Source: a virus
Lineage: Duplodnaviria > Caudoviricetes
DNA: 25,506 nucleotides
IMG/VR virus record: IMGVR_UViG_3300025392_000591
Span: 1 to 25,506 of that record
Strand: one strand, 5' to 3'
Each line of letters opens with the position of its first letter. The stretch's first letter is position 1. Shown here piece after piece: positions 7,140-18,100 of the stretch. The translations under genes were made by a program, and so were the position numbers. The notes beneath the pieces were generated by a model, which saw only the letters and a list, made by a program, of their open reading frames with translations, was not told where the DNA came from and ran no database searches.

Positions 7140-7390
7140 TCCTTGCCCTCTGGATCTTGATTACTAATATCTTTAACACTAATCTGTTCTGGGATAGATT
7201 GTGTACTAGGTGTAATTTCTGTTTGGCGCGGCAAAACTTGTCCGCCAGGGCCTAATTTATCACCGCGAGCATTAACTCGCATATTACCTACGGCAGGTGT
7301 AAGTTCGTTTTGAAGGGTTAATTTACCCATGTCAATTTCTACACCACGTGCAGTACGGTATACTTGTCTTTGTTGTTCTTTCATTGGCAT
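7136..7390 (-). CDS. Hypothetical phage protein (YRTARG..DM / VGNM.VNARGD.LG motif)
   Basis: Strong SD AAGGAGG; ATGA coupling to groES; upstream TAAGTA late-type variant at 7415-7420. Confidence 0.78.
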   Translation of the reverse strand: MPMKEQQRQVYRTARGVEIDMGKLTLQNELTPAVGNMRVNARGDKLGPGGQVLPRQTEITPSTQSIPEQISVKDISNQDPEGKE

Positions 7391-7417
7391 AATGTGCCTC
7401 CTTGGATTATATACTAC

Positions 7418-7927
7418 TTATCTCAGGAATTCCTGCCAGTCTAAATTATATTTGACTGAATCGATTTGATGTACACCCAGTAAAAATAACACAAAACTAG
7501 CTACGCTTGAGCCACGTCCTACACCCCAAACAATGCCGTTAGCACTACATGTATCTACAAAATGCTTGGTCCATTGTAATAGTGGGATCATACCACGCTC
7601 GTGATACGCACCCATTTCTGCTTCAACTCGGGCAGTTTGTTCCGGAGTCGCACAACGATCTAAACACCATTGTTTAACATCGAAATCTTTGTACTCTGGG
7701 GGCATAAACCAATCGCTTTGTAGTGCTTGATCAAAATCAGCAATATCGATTGATTCTATTTGTTCATTGAATTTCTGGAATGTGAATCCAGCGGTGGATT
7801 CTAACTGCTCAATATCTTCAGTGTAGTCTACTGTGAGATCTTTGAGGTTAGTAAGTTTTCCTTGGTAAAGGAATTTGAATATATCTTGACTATTAAAAAT
7901 AGGATTACCGAATTTATCTAGGCGCAT
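7418..7927 (-). CDS. DNA polymerase III alpha (DnaE)-like fragment
   Basis: RVEAEM, GIVWGVGRGSSVASFVLFLLGVHQIDSVKYNL...FLR matches the DnaE GRGSAAGSLVAY.LGIT.VDP..Y.L.FERFL motif; only 169 aa. Confidence 0.85.
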   Translation of the reverse strand: MRLDKFGNPIFNSQDIFKFLYQGKLTNLKDLTVDYTEDIEQLESTAGFTFQKFNEQIESIDIADFDQALQSDWFMPPEYKDFDVKQWCLDRCATPEQTARVEAEMGAYHERGMIPLLQWTKHFVDTCSANGIVWGVGRGSSVASFVLFLLGVHQIDSVKYNLDWQEFLR

Positions 7928-7934
7928 AGCCTAC

Positions 7935-7963
7935 ATTTTAGTTTACTTTAACTAAATTGTCAA
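7935..7963 (-). promoter_or_regulatory. sigma70 promoter for the DnaE fragment (probably leaderless mRNA)
   Basis: TTGACA-atttagttaaagtaaac(17 nt)-TAAAAT, then 7 nt (gtaggct) to the ATG at 7927. Confidence 0.72.
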
Positions 7964-8168
7964 GGCTTTTTTCGCTCTTTGACATCAATTTTTGCAATTG
8001 AATCTGTCTGCGTTTGGCGATTTCTTCTTTGTAGTTTTCTAGTAGACTGGAAATTTGAGCTTGTACCTCAAAGTTAGAAGTCATAAAATACTTTTTAGTA
8101 AGATCGGTAATTTTTTCTTCGATCTCACTGTCTTTTAAATTTTCAAAACTACCCGCTAACGGATGCAT
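7938..8168 (-). CDS. Small helical hypothetical protein (76 aa)
   Basis: Start corrected to ATG 8168 (MHPLAGS...), which forms a TAATG overlap with the upstream stop. Confidence 0.72.
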   Translation of the reverse strand: MHPLAGSFENLKDSEIEEKITDLTKKYFMTSNFEVQAQISSLLENYKEEIAKRRQIQLQKLMSKSEKSLDNLVKVN

Positions 8169-8797
8169 TAGTATGTTCCGATCTGCTTCAAATAAACAGT
8201 TGAACCGGTATTTACGGTCCACGCTTCGATTACAGTTAGTCCACCAGTGTTGTTCAACTGTAGTGTTGCTGGTAAGCTGGTGCTAACTGCTAAGTCTTTG
8301 TTAACCCACCCTGTTGCTAGTTTGATCAATCCACCGTTAGATGTAGATAAAGTAATTTTTCTAGTTTGTATTTGATCGCCGATTAGCATAACACGCACCA
8401 TGGCAAACTGTTGAGTAGTTGGCCAGTTGGTAAATGTTAGAGTAATATCTCCGCCAGCAGTAAATTGCTGCATTGGACCTTGTGAAAGATCGATATTAGC
8501 ACTAGTAGTAACTGTACCACCGTTAACATATATACCATTGAACTGCGAATACAAACCATTTCTTAAAGTACTGCCTAACAAGTCGTTAGTTTGAGCTTGA
8601 GAACCAGTTGGTAAATCAGCAACAATTACAGCATTGTTTAGTAGCTCTTGTATTTCTACTTTGGCTTGCGCAATAGCGGCACTGATGTTTGTGAAGTTAT
8701 CACGAAAACCTTGGCTGTTATTATCTTGCCCAGCTACTGGGTAAGTTGTGCTAATTGTTGAATAATTAATCTGGCTTGTTGGTCTAGTATTGCTCAT
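8168..8797 (-). CDS. Virion structural protein (baseplate/tail-associated)
   Basis: N-terminal INYSTISTTYPVAGQDNNSQGFRDNF plus a coiled coil, then a beta-rich C-terminus; follows the baseplate-like gene; TAAATA at 8828-8833. Confidence 0.65.
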   Translation of the reverse strand: MSNTRPTSQINYSTISTTYPVAGQDNNSQGFRDNFTNISAAIAQAKVEIQELLNNAVIVADLPTGSQAQTNDLLGSTLRNGLYSQFNGIYVNGGTVTTSANIDLSQGPMQQFTAGGDITLTFTNWPTTQQFAMVRVMLIGDQIQTRKITLSTSNGGLIKLATGWVNKDLAVSTSLPATLQLNNTGGLTVIEAWTVNTGSTVYLKQIGTY

Positions 8798-11700
8798 ACG
8801 GTTATCCTATCGTTTCTGAATACAAGGTATTTATCTCCTTGATAACCAGTAACATTGTCTATTATGAATCTATCTACGGTGTAATCTATGACTTTAAAGT
8901 CAAAACCGCTGAATTTTATGTTGGTAACTATGGTGTCAGCTGTGCCCGGTTTACAGAAACATAGGGGTATACTTAAGGTATAACCCAGTTGTTGTTTTTG
9001 CCCAGCAGGAACACTACGCATCCAAAGTGGCAAGTAGTTACGTTCTGTTTTAACTGCTTTATCAAACAAAGTGCTGTTTGAATCAAATGTAGTTGCGGCA
9101 TCAAAAATAGTACCTCCCTGTCCAGGACTAGCTATTCTAGTTTGCCAGTTGGTTATACTGTTAGGATAATAACGATCTGGATTGGGGTTACTAACTTCGT
9201 AACCAGTGCTATCGATAGTTAGCATTGGTAAATCTCTTGGATCACTAGGAGCATTGTTGTTTAGGTCTAGTGCTTGCTGTTTGTAAAATCCAGTACTATT
9301 ATCCGCAGTAATATATTCGCTTTCAAAACCCGGAGTTACTGTTACAGATAGTGGTAAATGTTTTCCATTAGGTTCCATAGGATCTAACATTTGTACATAA
9401 ACAACTTCGTAAACGCTTTTTCCAGTGGTAGGATCTAATGCTACAGCTTTTTCTATACTACCAAATTGAAAACGTTTGCGCTTAACATTGAGACCCATTG
9501 CTCCTATATAATAAGAAGCTAGCTGTGTTTCGATACCAGCATATACTAGCATTTTTAATTCGCTTTGTAGACCAAATGTACTATCGTTAGGTCTGTAGAT
9601 ACTGCTAGGAGTAAAAATTGTAGTGTCATTAATAAATGTTTTAAACACGGATCTTTGATCTAATTTTAAATAGGGTTTAGTTATTATGTTACTATAGCCC
9701 ACACTATTTGGAGTACTAACAGTAATAGTAAAATCTCTAGTAATACTGCTAAATCCAAATTGATCCCTAGCAGTAATTGTTGTTGTAAACACTCTATCTA
9801 TAGTTGTAGTATTATTGTCGTAAGTTGTAAGACCTTGATCAAAGGTAGTTAACCCTAACACACCACTAGTACCATTATAGTATTGATTTACAGTTCCAGT
9901 AATTTCTCCGTCTAAATTTAAAGACAACCCAGGTGGAAGTCCGTTTTTACTAACAGTACCTGCTGTTACAAGAGCTCCCATGGTGTTGTTAGAAAAACTA
10001 ACAGTACTAGCAGTAGCGCCAGTTACTCTACACAAACCGTTGTATCCTACCGGAACCATGTTGTTAACAAGAATTATATTACCAATTCCAAACGGAGGAG
10101 TTGTTTGCGGTGTAAAACTAAGAGTAACAGTAGACCCATTTCCAACAACACTAGTTACAGGAAAACTTTCTAATTGATAAACCAGTGTAGCATTAGGTAC
10201 AGTGGTAGTAGCACTTACTGATAGTGTGCTCGAATAATTAGCAGGTATAGTTCCTAAGTTACTATCAGTGTTCCAAGTGATTACACTATCAACATCGCCT
10301 ACCACATTAAGAGTAAATGTTTTACTAGCATTTAGTGTTTCTGCTACATTGTCGCCTAATCGTGTAGCAGTGATTGTAAATGTATATGATTTAGTAACTG
10401 CTGGTTGGAATGGTAGTTGTCCATAAATATCGCCTGTAACTTGATCAAACTGAACGCCGTCTGGCAATTCGCTAAGACTACCTATATAAAAAGCTGTCCC
10501 ATTAGGAATAGCCAGTTGTAAGTTTGTGTACAATGTTAGTCTATACTGATTATTGTACAGAGGTGTAACTGCTTTAATTTGATAATTTCTTCCGTCGGCA
10601 CCGTCTAAGTAGTTGTCAAACGTCAAATACTGACCTACTTGGGGAATACCATTAACTGCTGTTATGGCTAACTGATCTCCTCCGCAGGTCATTAGACTTT
10701 GTGTAATAGTTAAAAACGCTGGCTGACTAATAGTAATACTTGATGTTCCTACGGCTGTAATAACTGTACCAATTTTAATTCCAGGCCCAGCAACAGTTTG
10801 TCCAGCAGTTAAGAATCCAATATCAGTACAGTTGTTGATTGTTGTGCTGTTGTTTGCAATGTCACCGGCAAATATTTGATTAAACACGTTATCAGTCGGC
10901 AATATTTGTACACTTGTACAGTATACTTCTTCATTTGTAGCTTCTAATCTAAACAAGACATCTAGATTATCGTACAAGGCAATTGGAACTGTGAGATAAT
11001 TATTGGCTCTGAATGTACCTAAGTTGCTGTTAGTTATCCATACAGGAGCTCTAAGATATGTAGCGTCACTTGAAAAATCATCGGCTACACCATTGAACGC
11101 GGTATTGTCTGCTCTAAACTGATCTGTACCTACAACGAATATTTTAAATATTCTTTGAGCATAGTTCACACCGTCTGTTAGTGTAACACGAAACTGATAA
11201 TTAGCATTAAGTGTTGTAGGCGGAGCATTTTCTAAATTAAAATCGTAAAATACATTATCATATTTGTAGCTATCAAAACCATCGCTTGGTTTAGACGCAA
11301 AGTCGTAGGCTACTCGATCAAAGAAAGAATTATCGTAAGTTCCGTTACCATCGGCTAGTGTAATTTTTACCACTGGTTCGATGTAGCCACTGATAACACC
11401 GTCCGGACTTAGTGTTAGTCCTTTTGGTAATTCGCCATCATCGCTGCCGATAAAATAAGTTAATTTTTGGCCAACTGCTGTATTAAGATCAAATGCTTCT
11501 ATTTGATAACTGACATGTGTTTGATCTAGTACATATAATTGTTTGGCTAAACCAATGGGTATTGCTCCAATGGCTGTGACAAATTCAGGTTGATTATTAC
11601 CTGTAATTGTCATGGTAAAAGTACGATCGCTTATTTGGCCATTAGAACTAGCACGGATACAAAATTTATAAGTTGTATCGTTGGCTACAATATAAGGATT

Positions 11701-11871
11701 GCCAACAATAATATTGCCTCTGATGATAAGTCCGCCTGGCAAGGCGCCACTGATTACGTGATAAACAACACCAATGTCGTTAGCAACAGGTAATGCTTGA
11801 CTGACAGCTACACCTTCTGGAAAACTACCAAAAGAATAACCACTAAGTTTTGTCCAGACATTTAGTGCCAT
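8794..11871 (-). CDS. Large baseplate-like protein with repeated putative Ig (He_PIG-like) domains
   Basis: Start corrected to ATG 11871 (MALNVW; SD GGAG; avoids overlap with the tail fibre). Four LP.GL.L/LPDGVQF...G.I.G Ig-like repeats and aromatic-Asp (TTFD/YD) repeats. Confidence 0.7.
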   Translation of the reverse strand: MALNVWTKLSGYSFGSFPEGVAVSQALPVANDIGVVYHVISGALPGGLIIRGNIIVGNPYIVANDTTYKFCIRASSNGQISDRTFTMTITGNNQPEFVTAIGAIPIGLAKQLYVLDQTHVSYQIEAFDLNTAVGQKLTYFIGSDDGELPKGLTLSPDGVISGYIEPVVKITLADGNGTYDNSFFDRVAYDFASKPSDGFDSYKYDNVFYDFNLENAPPTTLNANYQFRVTLTDGVNYAQRIFKIFVVGTDQFRADNTAFNGVADDFSSDATYLRAPVWITNSNLGTFRANNYLTVPIALYDNLDVLFRLEATNEEVYCTSVQILPTDNVFNQIFAGDIANNSTTINNCTDIGFLTAGQTVAGPGIKIGTVITAVGTSSITISQPAFLTITQSLMTCGGDQLAITAVNGIPQVGQYLTFDNYLDGADGRNYQIKAVTPLYNNQYRLTLYTNLQLAIPNGTAFYIGSLSELPDGVQFDQVTGDIYGQLPFQPAVTKSYTFTITATRLGDNVAETLNASKTFTLNVVGDVDSVITWNTDSNLGTIPANYSSTLSVSATTTVPNATLVYQLESFPVTSVVGNGSTVTLSFTPQTTPPFGIGNIILVNNMVPVGYNGLCRVTGATASTVSFSNNTMGALVTAGTVSKNGLPPGLSLNLDGEITGTVNQYYNGTSGVLGLTTFDQGLTTYDNNTTTIDRVFTTTITARDQFGFSSITRDFTITVSTPNSVGYSNIITKPYLKLDQRSVFKTFINDTTIFTPSSIYRPNDSTFGLQSELKMLVYAGIETQLASYYIGAMGLNVKRKRFQFGSIEKAVALDPTTGKSVYEVVYVQMLDPMEPNGKHLPLSVTVTPGFESEYITADNSTGFYKQQALDLNNNAPSDPRDLPMLTIDSTGYEVSNPNPDRYYPNSITNWQTRIASPGQGGTIFDAATTFDSNSTLFDKAVKTERNYLPLWMRSVPAGQKQQLGYTLSIPLCFCKPGTADTIVTNIKFSGFDFKVIDYTVDRFIIDNVTGYQGDKYLVFRNDRITV

Positions 11872-11884
11872 GAGACTTGCTCCA

Positions 11885-14344
11885 TTACTGGATTCTATAC
11901 CATGTTGTATTGCTTGCGCGATAAACGTATTCAAAAGTAGTTGGTGCTGTAACAGCTCCAACAAATGATCCTGATAAAGTTGGGCCAGCTGTTAGTGCTA
12001 GTGTAACGTTTGTAGTTTGTACAGAAATCATACACACTTGGCCATCTACTGGACTTGTTGGCATTGTTAATGTAGCTGTTAATGAACCAGCTGTTACTAA
12101 TAGAATATTTAAGTGTGTTGTTGTACTTAAAGCGTAGGTACTAGTTGAGCTAACTGTAATATAATTTGGTGATAATATTTGATAACCTGTGTATTTTAAA
12201 TTACCTGCTACTGAAATACCGTTGGAATTACTAACAGTAATTGCTTCGCTACTGGTCCATCCTGCTGTGGTACTAGCCCATGTAAATGTCTTATTAGTAG
12301 ATCCGTATACTTGTATACCGCCGCCTACTGCTGTAGTATCAGTTGCTCCCGATGTTGCTATCGTAGTAATTGGACCAGTGACTGGTGTTGTTCCACCAGT
12401 AGCAGTAATTGTAATGCTTGTTGAGTTAACAACACTGGCTACAATGTAGGTTCCGCCCGAACCTAAACTACCTGCTCCAGTAGTTGCCACTACACTACCG
12501 GTAGCATTACCTAGTGTTGTATTTGCTCCGTTAAATGTTGAACTTACACTAAATTGTGTTGAAGTAGCAATATATGAAACATAATATGTTGTACCGGCAG
12601 ATAAACCACCAAATGCTGATGGAATTGTAATCTTAGTACCAAGTGCTAGACTAGCTGTGCTAGAAGTTGTTAAAAGATTCAATGTACCAGTAATAACTTC
12701 TGATCCAATGCCATTAACACTATTGCTCAAAGTCCAAACTGTTCCAGAACCACCAATAATATAAGTGTTAGGAGAAATGGCGCCTCCAGATAATAACATA
12801 CCTATAGCAAATGTGCCTGTTGTAGTACCTGATAAGGTCAATACATTAAAGTTTATGGTAGCCGATGTATTGCTGGCCACACTATATGCTGCCGCGGTTA
12901 GTGTAACAGAACCGGTAGCACCAGTTCCTGTAGCTGTAATCGCACTACCGGCAATTAAATCTACAGTTGAAGTCATACCACTGATAGTAGCAGTCCATGG
13001 ACCAGTACCTGACACTAGTGTAACTTGACCAACCGTACTAACTGTTGAACTAGTTAGATAACCTAACTTCATTAGTTTATCTTCTACGTTGACTGTAGTT
13101 TCGTTAACAGTTATACTAGTCCCGTTAACAGTAAGATTTCCGTTAACAGTTACATTACCATATGTTGTTAATTGTTGTGTGCTGTCAATTTTAGCAGCCA
13201 AAGTTTCAACACCAGCACTGTTGTGGGTAAAGAACGCAAGTTGTCCCGGAACAACACCAGCTGATACCGTACCGTCGACCAATAACTGTACACTTCCTGC
13301 AGTTTGTAAGTTAGCACCGTCGTAGCCCCTTCCAGAGAATACAGCAATTTGGTCTCCTGGTTGTACTGCCGTAGGAGTTGCATACGTTCCTCTGTACTTT
13401 CTTGAACTAATAATAACACCATACGCATCATTAGCATAATTTCTAATAGTTACAGTTGGATTGTTAAATGCTGTAGTAGTTTGTCGTATGCTCAGTGTAC
13501 CAGAACTATTTGTTTGTGTAGTTGCCGCAGGCCCAATAGTGAAAACACCTGTACCAGATACACTTACACGTGGTTGTGAGTTACCTGTAGTATCAGTACA
13601 ATAAAACTGTAGTAGTCCAGGAGTAATACCTGTAGACACAGTACCGTTTATACTTCCTGCTATACTTGCTGTCTGCTGGAAAGTATTGCCATCGTAGGCT
13701 TGCCAAATCAAACTATAGATATAATCTGTATTAGTAGCCGCTGTAGGTGTTATATTAGTACCTCTAGCTCTGCGCATGAATACTTGACCATCTCCATTGA
13801 TTGAAGTTTGATTGTTATATTCTTCTAAACTTAAAGCATATAATCCAGATATGTTTTGCTGTACAATAAAAGCGCCGTTAACATTGGTCAATGTACTATT
13901 AGAACTGTTCCAGTTTAAGTTACTTGTAGGAGTTAATGATGAACCATTGGCGGCCCAGTAGGCTATCGAACCTGTAGTACCTGTATTAATAAGACTAGTA
14001 GTTGAAATACTAATAGTATGAGTGGTACTATTGTAAGTAATTGCCACACCCGATAGTGTACCGGCAGCTAACATTTGACCTACGGCATCTTGTGCTCTAG
14101 TAGTAGTGAAATATTGTGTATGTGCACCCTCGGCAACAGTATCTGTAGTCAATACTACATTGCCCGTTTGTCCGTTTACTGTTAATATAGTAGTAACTGG
14201 CTTTCCACCTACTGTAGTGCCGTCGCCTATAAACAACGGACTAACAGCCGAGTTAGCGTAATCAGTTACATAAACTGGTTCGCCTAAAGCAGGAGTAAGT
14301 CCTAGTCTATTAGCGTTAGTGCCTCTTCTAATCTGTAATGCCAT
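11885..14344 (-). CDS. Tail fibre / receptor-binding protein
   Basis: N-terminal ALQIRRGT...LTPALGEP.Y.TD (Mtd N-terminal-like), GNVTVNGNLTVNG fibre repeat, Thr/Gly/Ser-rich; SD AGGAG. Confidence 0.8.
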   Translation of the reverse strand: MALQIRRGTNANRLGLTPALGEPVYVTDYANSAVSPLFIGDGTTVGGKPVTTILTVNGQTGNVVLTTDTVAEGAHTQYFTTTRAQDAVGQMLAAGTLSGVAITYNSTTHTISISTTSLINTGTTGSIAYWAANGSSLTPTSNLNWNSSNSTLTNVNGAFIVQQNISGLYALSLEEYNNQTSINGDGQVFMRRARGTNITPTAATNTDYIYSLIWQAYDGNTFQQTASIAGSINGTVSTGITPGLLQFYCTDTTGNSQPRVSVSGTGVFTIGPAATTQTNSSGTLSIRQTTTAFNNPTVTIRNYANDAYGVIISSRKYRGTYATPTAVQPGDQIAVFSGRGYDGANLQTAGSVQLLVDGTVSAGVVPGQLAFFTHNSAGVETLAAKIDSTQQLTTYGNVTVNGNLTVNGTSITVNETTVNVEDKLMKLGYLTSSTVSTVGQVTLVSGTGPWTATISGMTSTVDLIAGSAITATGTGATGSVTLTAAAYSVASNTSATINFNVLTLSGTTTGTFAIGMLLSGGAISPNTYIIGGSGTVWTLSNSVNGIGSEVITGTLNLLTTSSTASLALGTKITIPSAFGGLSAGTTYYVSYIATSTQFSVSSTFNGANTTLGNATGSVVATTGAGSLGSGGTYIVASVVNSTSITITATGGTTPVTGPITTIATSGATDTTAVGGGIQVYGSTNKTFTWASTTAGWTSSEAITVSNSNGISVAGNLKYTGYQILSPNYITVSSTSTYALSTTTHLNILLVTAGSLTATLTMPTSPVDGQVCMISVQTTNVTLALTAGPTLSGSFVGAVTAPTTFEYVYRASNTTWYRIQ

Positions 14345-14358
14345 ATATCTCTCCTACC

Positions 14359-14844
<486 letters not shown>

Positions 14845-14851
14845 TTAGTAT

Positions 14852-15115
14852 TTACCAAGTTCCGCTTGGATATGTTTGTCGCACCCAAATATTAGCTGTT
14901 CCTGTGGTATAAGATGCTGTGCAATAGTAGATATAAGTTCCATCGAAAGCCATCATACCAGCAGTATCTCCAGATTTACCTGTACTGTGTGTAGGAGGCG
15001 TGGTCTGAGGATACAAATCATTAAAGTTGTTGTTTACTTTACTGAACGCAGTACGTATCGGATCCCCAGTTGAGTCGTTTGGACCAGCGCCAATGTTTAT
15101 AGTTAGTTGTGTCAT
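14852..15115 (-). CDS. Small tail protein with T4 gp9/gp10-like N-terminal motif
   Basis: INIGAGPNDSTGDPIRTAFSKVNNNF, then P..STG..GDTAG.MAFD..YIYYC...IWVR fibre-tip-like motif; TAATG overlap with the giant gene. Confidence 0.72.
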   Translation of the reverse strand: MTQLTINIGAGPNDSTGDPIRTAFSKVNNNFNDLYPQTTPPTHSTGKSGDTAGMMAFDGTYIYYCTASYTTGTANIWVRQTYPSGTW

Positions 15116-18100
15116 TATACTCTCCCTACAGCTACTTGGATAACTCCGGCTTCACCGTAGTCTTTGTCTTCTAATGCCTTACCAATTATAGCACCTAATG
15201 TAGGATTTAATGCTTTCACAGCATATCCAGGAGTTGCGCTAGTTGTTAGCATATCGCCTTTCTTAACACGACCTACAACCTTGACTGGTACACGACCAGC
15301 TAAAGCTATACATACCTTAATACCTGTTTGGTCTTTGTTCATTACATACGCAGGATTAGTAGTTACTACACCAGCACTACGAGTATCATTGATAACAGAA
15401 GTTGTAGTAACTTCTTTATCTCCTCCAAATACTAGTACAGTACCTGGTTCGTAGTCTTGATCTCCTTCGTAGAATTCTGCCAAGTCAGCATAGCTAGCTT
15501 GTAGTGTACTACTGTTACCTAAACTCCACTGTCCATAGATTGTACCTGAAGTAGCTTCACTGCCAGCAGTAATAGTAGTTGTTGTAATGCTTCCTGAAAC
15601 AGTTGGATTACTAATAGTTGGGCTTGTAGCAAATACTAGTTTACCTGAACCTGTAGAACCTGTAGTAGTCACTCCTTCAATGGTCACATGCTGGTTAAAT
15701 GTCCATAGACCAGTAAATGATCCTGAAGTACCAGCCGATCCAGTAGTTAAATTAGTTGACTGTAGTGTACCAGCACTAGCATTGAATGTACTTTGGCTTG
15801 TTAAACTCCATTGTCCGCCTAGTGTTCCAGTATTTGATACAGCACTACCAGATACAATAGTCGCTACCTGTAGTGTACCACTTGCTACTAGTGTACCACT
15901 TGCGGTAGTTGTAGGACTAGATGGGCTATCACTGATTGTAACGGCTGTTGCCTGACCAGGTGTATAGTATGTTACAGTACTTCCTGATACTCCAACAAAT
16001 CTCTGACCACCTATGTAATAAGTGCTACCAGCAGAAATGTTTCCGCTATTGTCAGTTTTAACTAAGCTATTAGCTCCACCAGCTGTTGTAATTGGTGTAA
16101 CACTATAAGTGTTATTGGTTCCGTTACCAGCAACAGTCATAGCACCGTTAGATGTAAACAGAGCGTTCTTGATACCATCACCATCTGTAACTACGTTAGC
16201 TGGAGTAATTAATCCTGGACTTGCCGCGCTACCGCTACGGTTACCTAATACATAACCGCTAGACATGTATGCCAGTTTACTCAACTGAATACCAGTTGAT
16301 GTACTAGAACTGCTTAGTAAGTCAACCCAACCATTAGTTGTAGTAAACACACTACTGCTAAATGCCGATAGACCCAAACTACTTTGCGTAAATGCGCCTG
16401 GAGCACTAGCTATTGTACCAGCAGCCTGTAGATTCAGTTTGCTTTGTTGTATTGCTGCACTAGCACTAACCATGCTGTCAATTACAACACTTGATTGGAT
16501 AGTTGCTGTCAAATATCCAGGTGTACCATGTGTATATGTAATACTAACTTGGTTATTGTTGGCAGTACCGGTTGGTGGAGCAATGTTTGTCCACTGACTA
16601 AATGTTGAATCGTAAACTAAGAAGTTACCATTTGCCTGATTGGTAAATGTAATAACGCCACTTGGTGTAGATCCATTGTAACTAGCACTCAATGTAGCAA
16701 CTACTACAGCACCTGTGTAAATAGTTCCTGGCGTAGTTGATACGGCTGTTACATACTGTCCGTTAGTAAATGCGTTGTTAGCACTTGTAACCAACATACC
16801 TGGAACTACAGTACCATAAACATTAGTTACTGTAATGGTAATAGTTGGAGTTGAACTAAATGCGTTGTAGTTACCAGTAGCTTTGATAGCATGATCTGCT
16901 AGTTTGTAAGCACTATTCAAAGCACTAGCTAGGCTATCAACGTAACCTCGGTTAACACCGTCGTATTGACTTATACCGCTAACAGCCATGTTCAAGTTAC
17001 CAATAGTGTAATTTGACATATTCAAATTACCCTTCATGGCCAATACACCACTTAGTGGCAAGTAACCTGGGCCAATCAAGTTAGCAACAGGAACAGGGCT
17101 ACCACTGTAGTCAAGACCTAGTCTATAGTCTACGAAACTTCGTATAGCTGATTGAACAGGAACTACGTCAGCGGCATTACCGGTCATTGTAGCATCTGTC
17201 GAGAACTCAGCTACCACAACACCACGCTTAAATCCAATACCGTCTAAGTTACTCAACGCAATACTAGCACTGAATGTAACTGTACCAGTACCTTGGTCAA
17301 CTTTGAAGAAACGTCCTACTTTGAAAATACCGTTTTGGTCAGTAGTTACGTAGAACACACGACCTACAGTTTCTTCTAACACTTGTTTAGTTTCATCAGA
17401 CGGAATAATAGCGTTACCGTAAATTTGGTTTGGATAGTTACTTGTAACAAATCCTCCAGTACCGATGTCTAAGAAGTCATGTCCTGTAGCACGGCAAGTA
17501 CTAATACGAACTGTAATAGCACCGCCTGCGTTTTGTGCATAACCTATGCGTAATGTTGTGCTATAGTTAATGTTAAATGGTTTACTGATACCTAAACTAC
17601 TACTTGTAGCACTTGTTACTTCTTTAGTAATTGTTGTAGTACCACTACCGTATGTATTACCATTAGCTGTTGGACTATAAGTGTATACTAAAGTAATTGA
17701 GTTAGATGAACTAGCTACACAATAGAAGTAACCATTAAACAAGTTGTTACTGTTGCCAGCAACATAGTAATAAACACCAGTAGTTTGTGCGCTACCGCTA
17801 TAGGCAAATGTCACATAATACTGTCCAGTATAAGTTCCACTAGCTTGTAATACACTACTTGTAAAGCTAGTCACTGTAATACTTGAACCATAGCCATAAC
17901 TTGGTGTATAGAATGTAGTAGTGGTTACACTAGCAACTGTAGTAATTGTAGTGATTGCGCTACCGCCTCGTGTAAGCGCAACAGTGATATTATTGCTGGC
18001 AATACTAGCAATAAAGTATATTGGTTGTGCTGTACCTTGACCAGAACCTGATGCTGTAGCTACGAATCTTAAGCCAAGAGTGTTACTTGTAGCACCAATA

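Noticed and set aside
11872-11964. N-terminal extension of the baseplate-like ORF in the track
   Set aside because: Overlaps the tail-fibre gene; ATG 11871 has a good SD. Track starts at 481 and 8222 were rejected for similar reasons.
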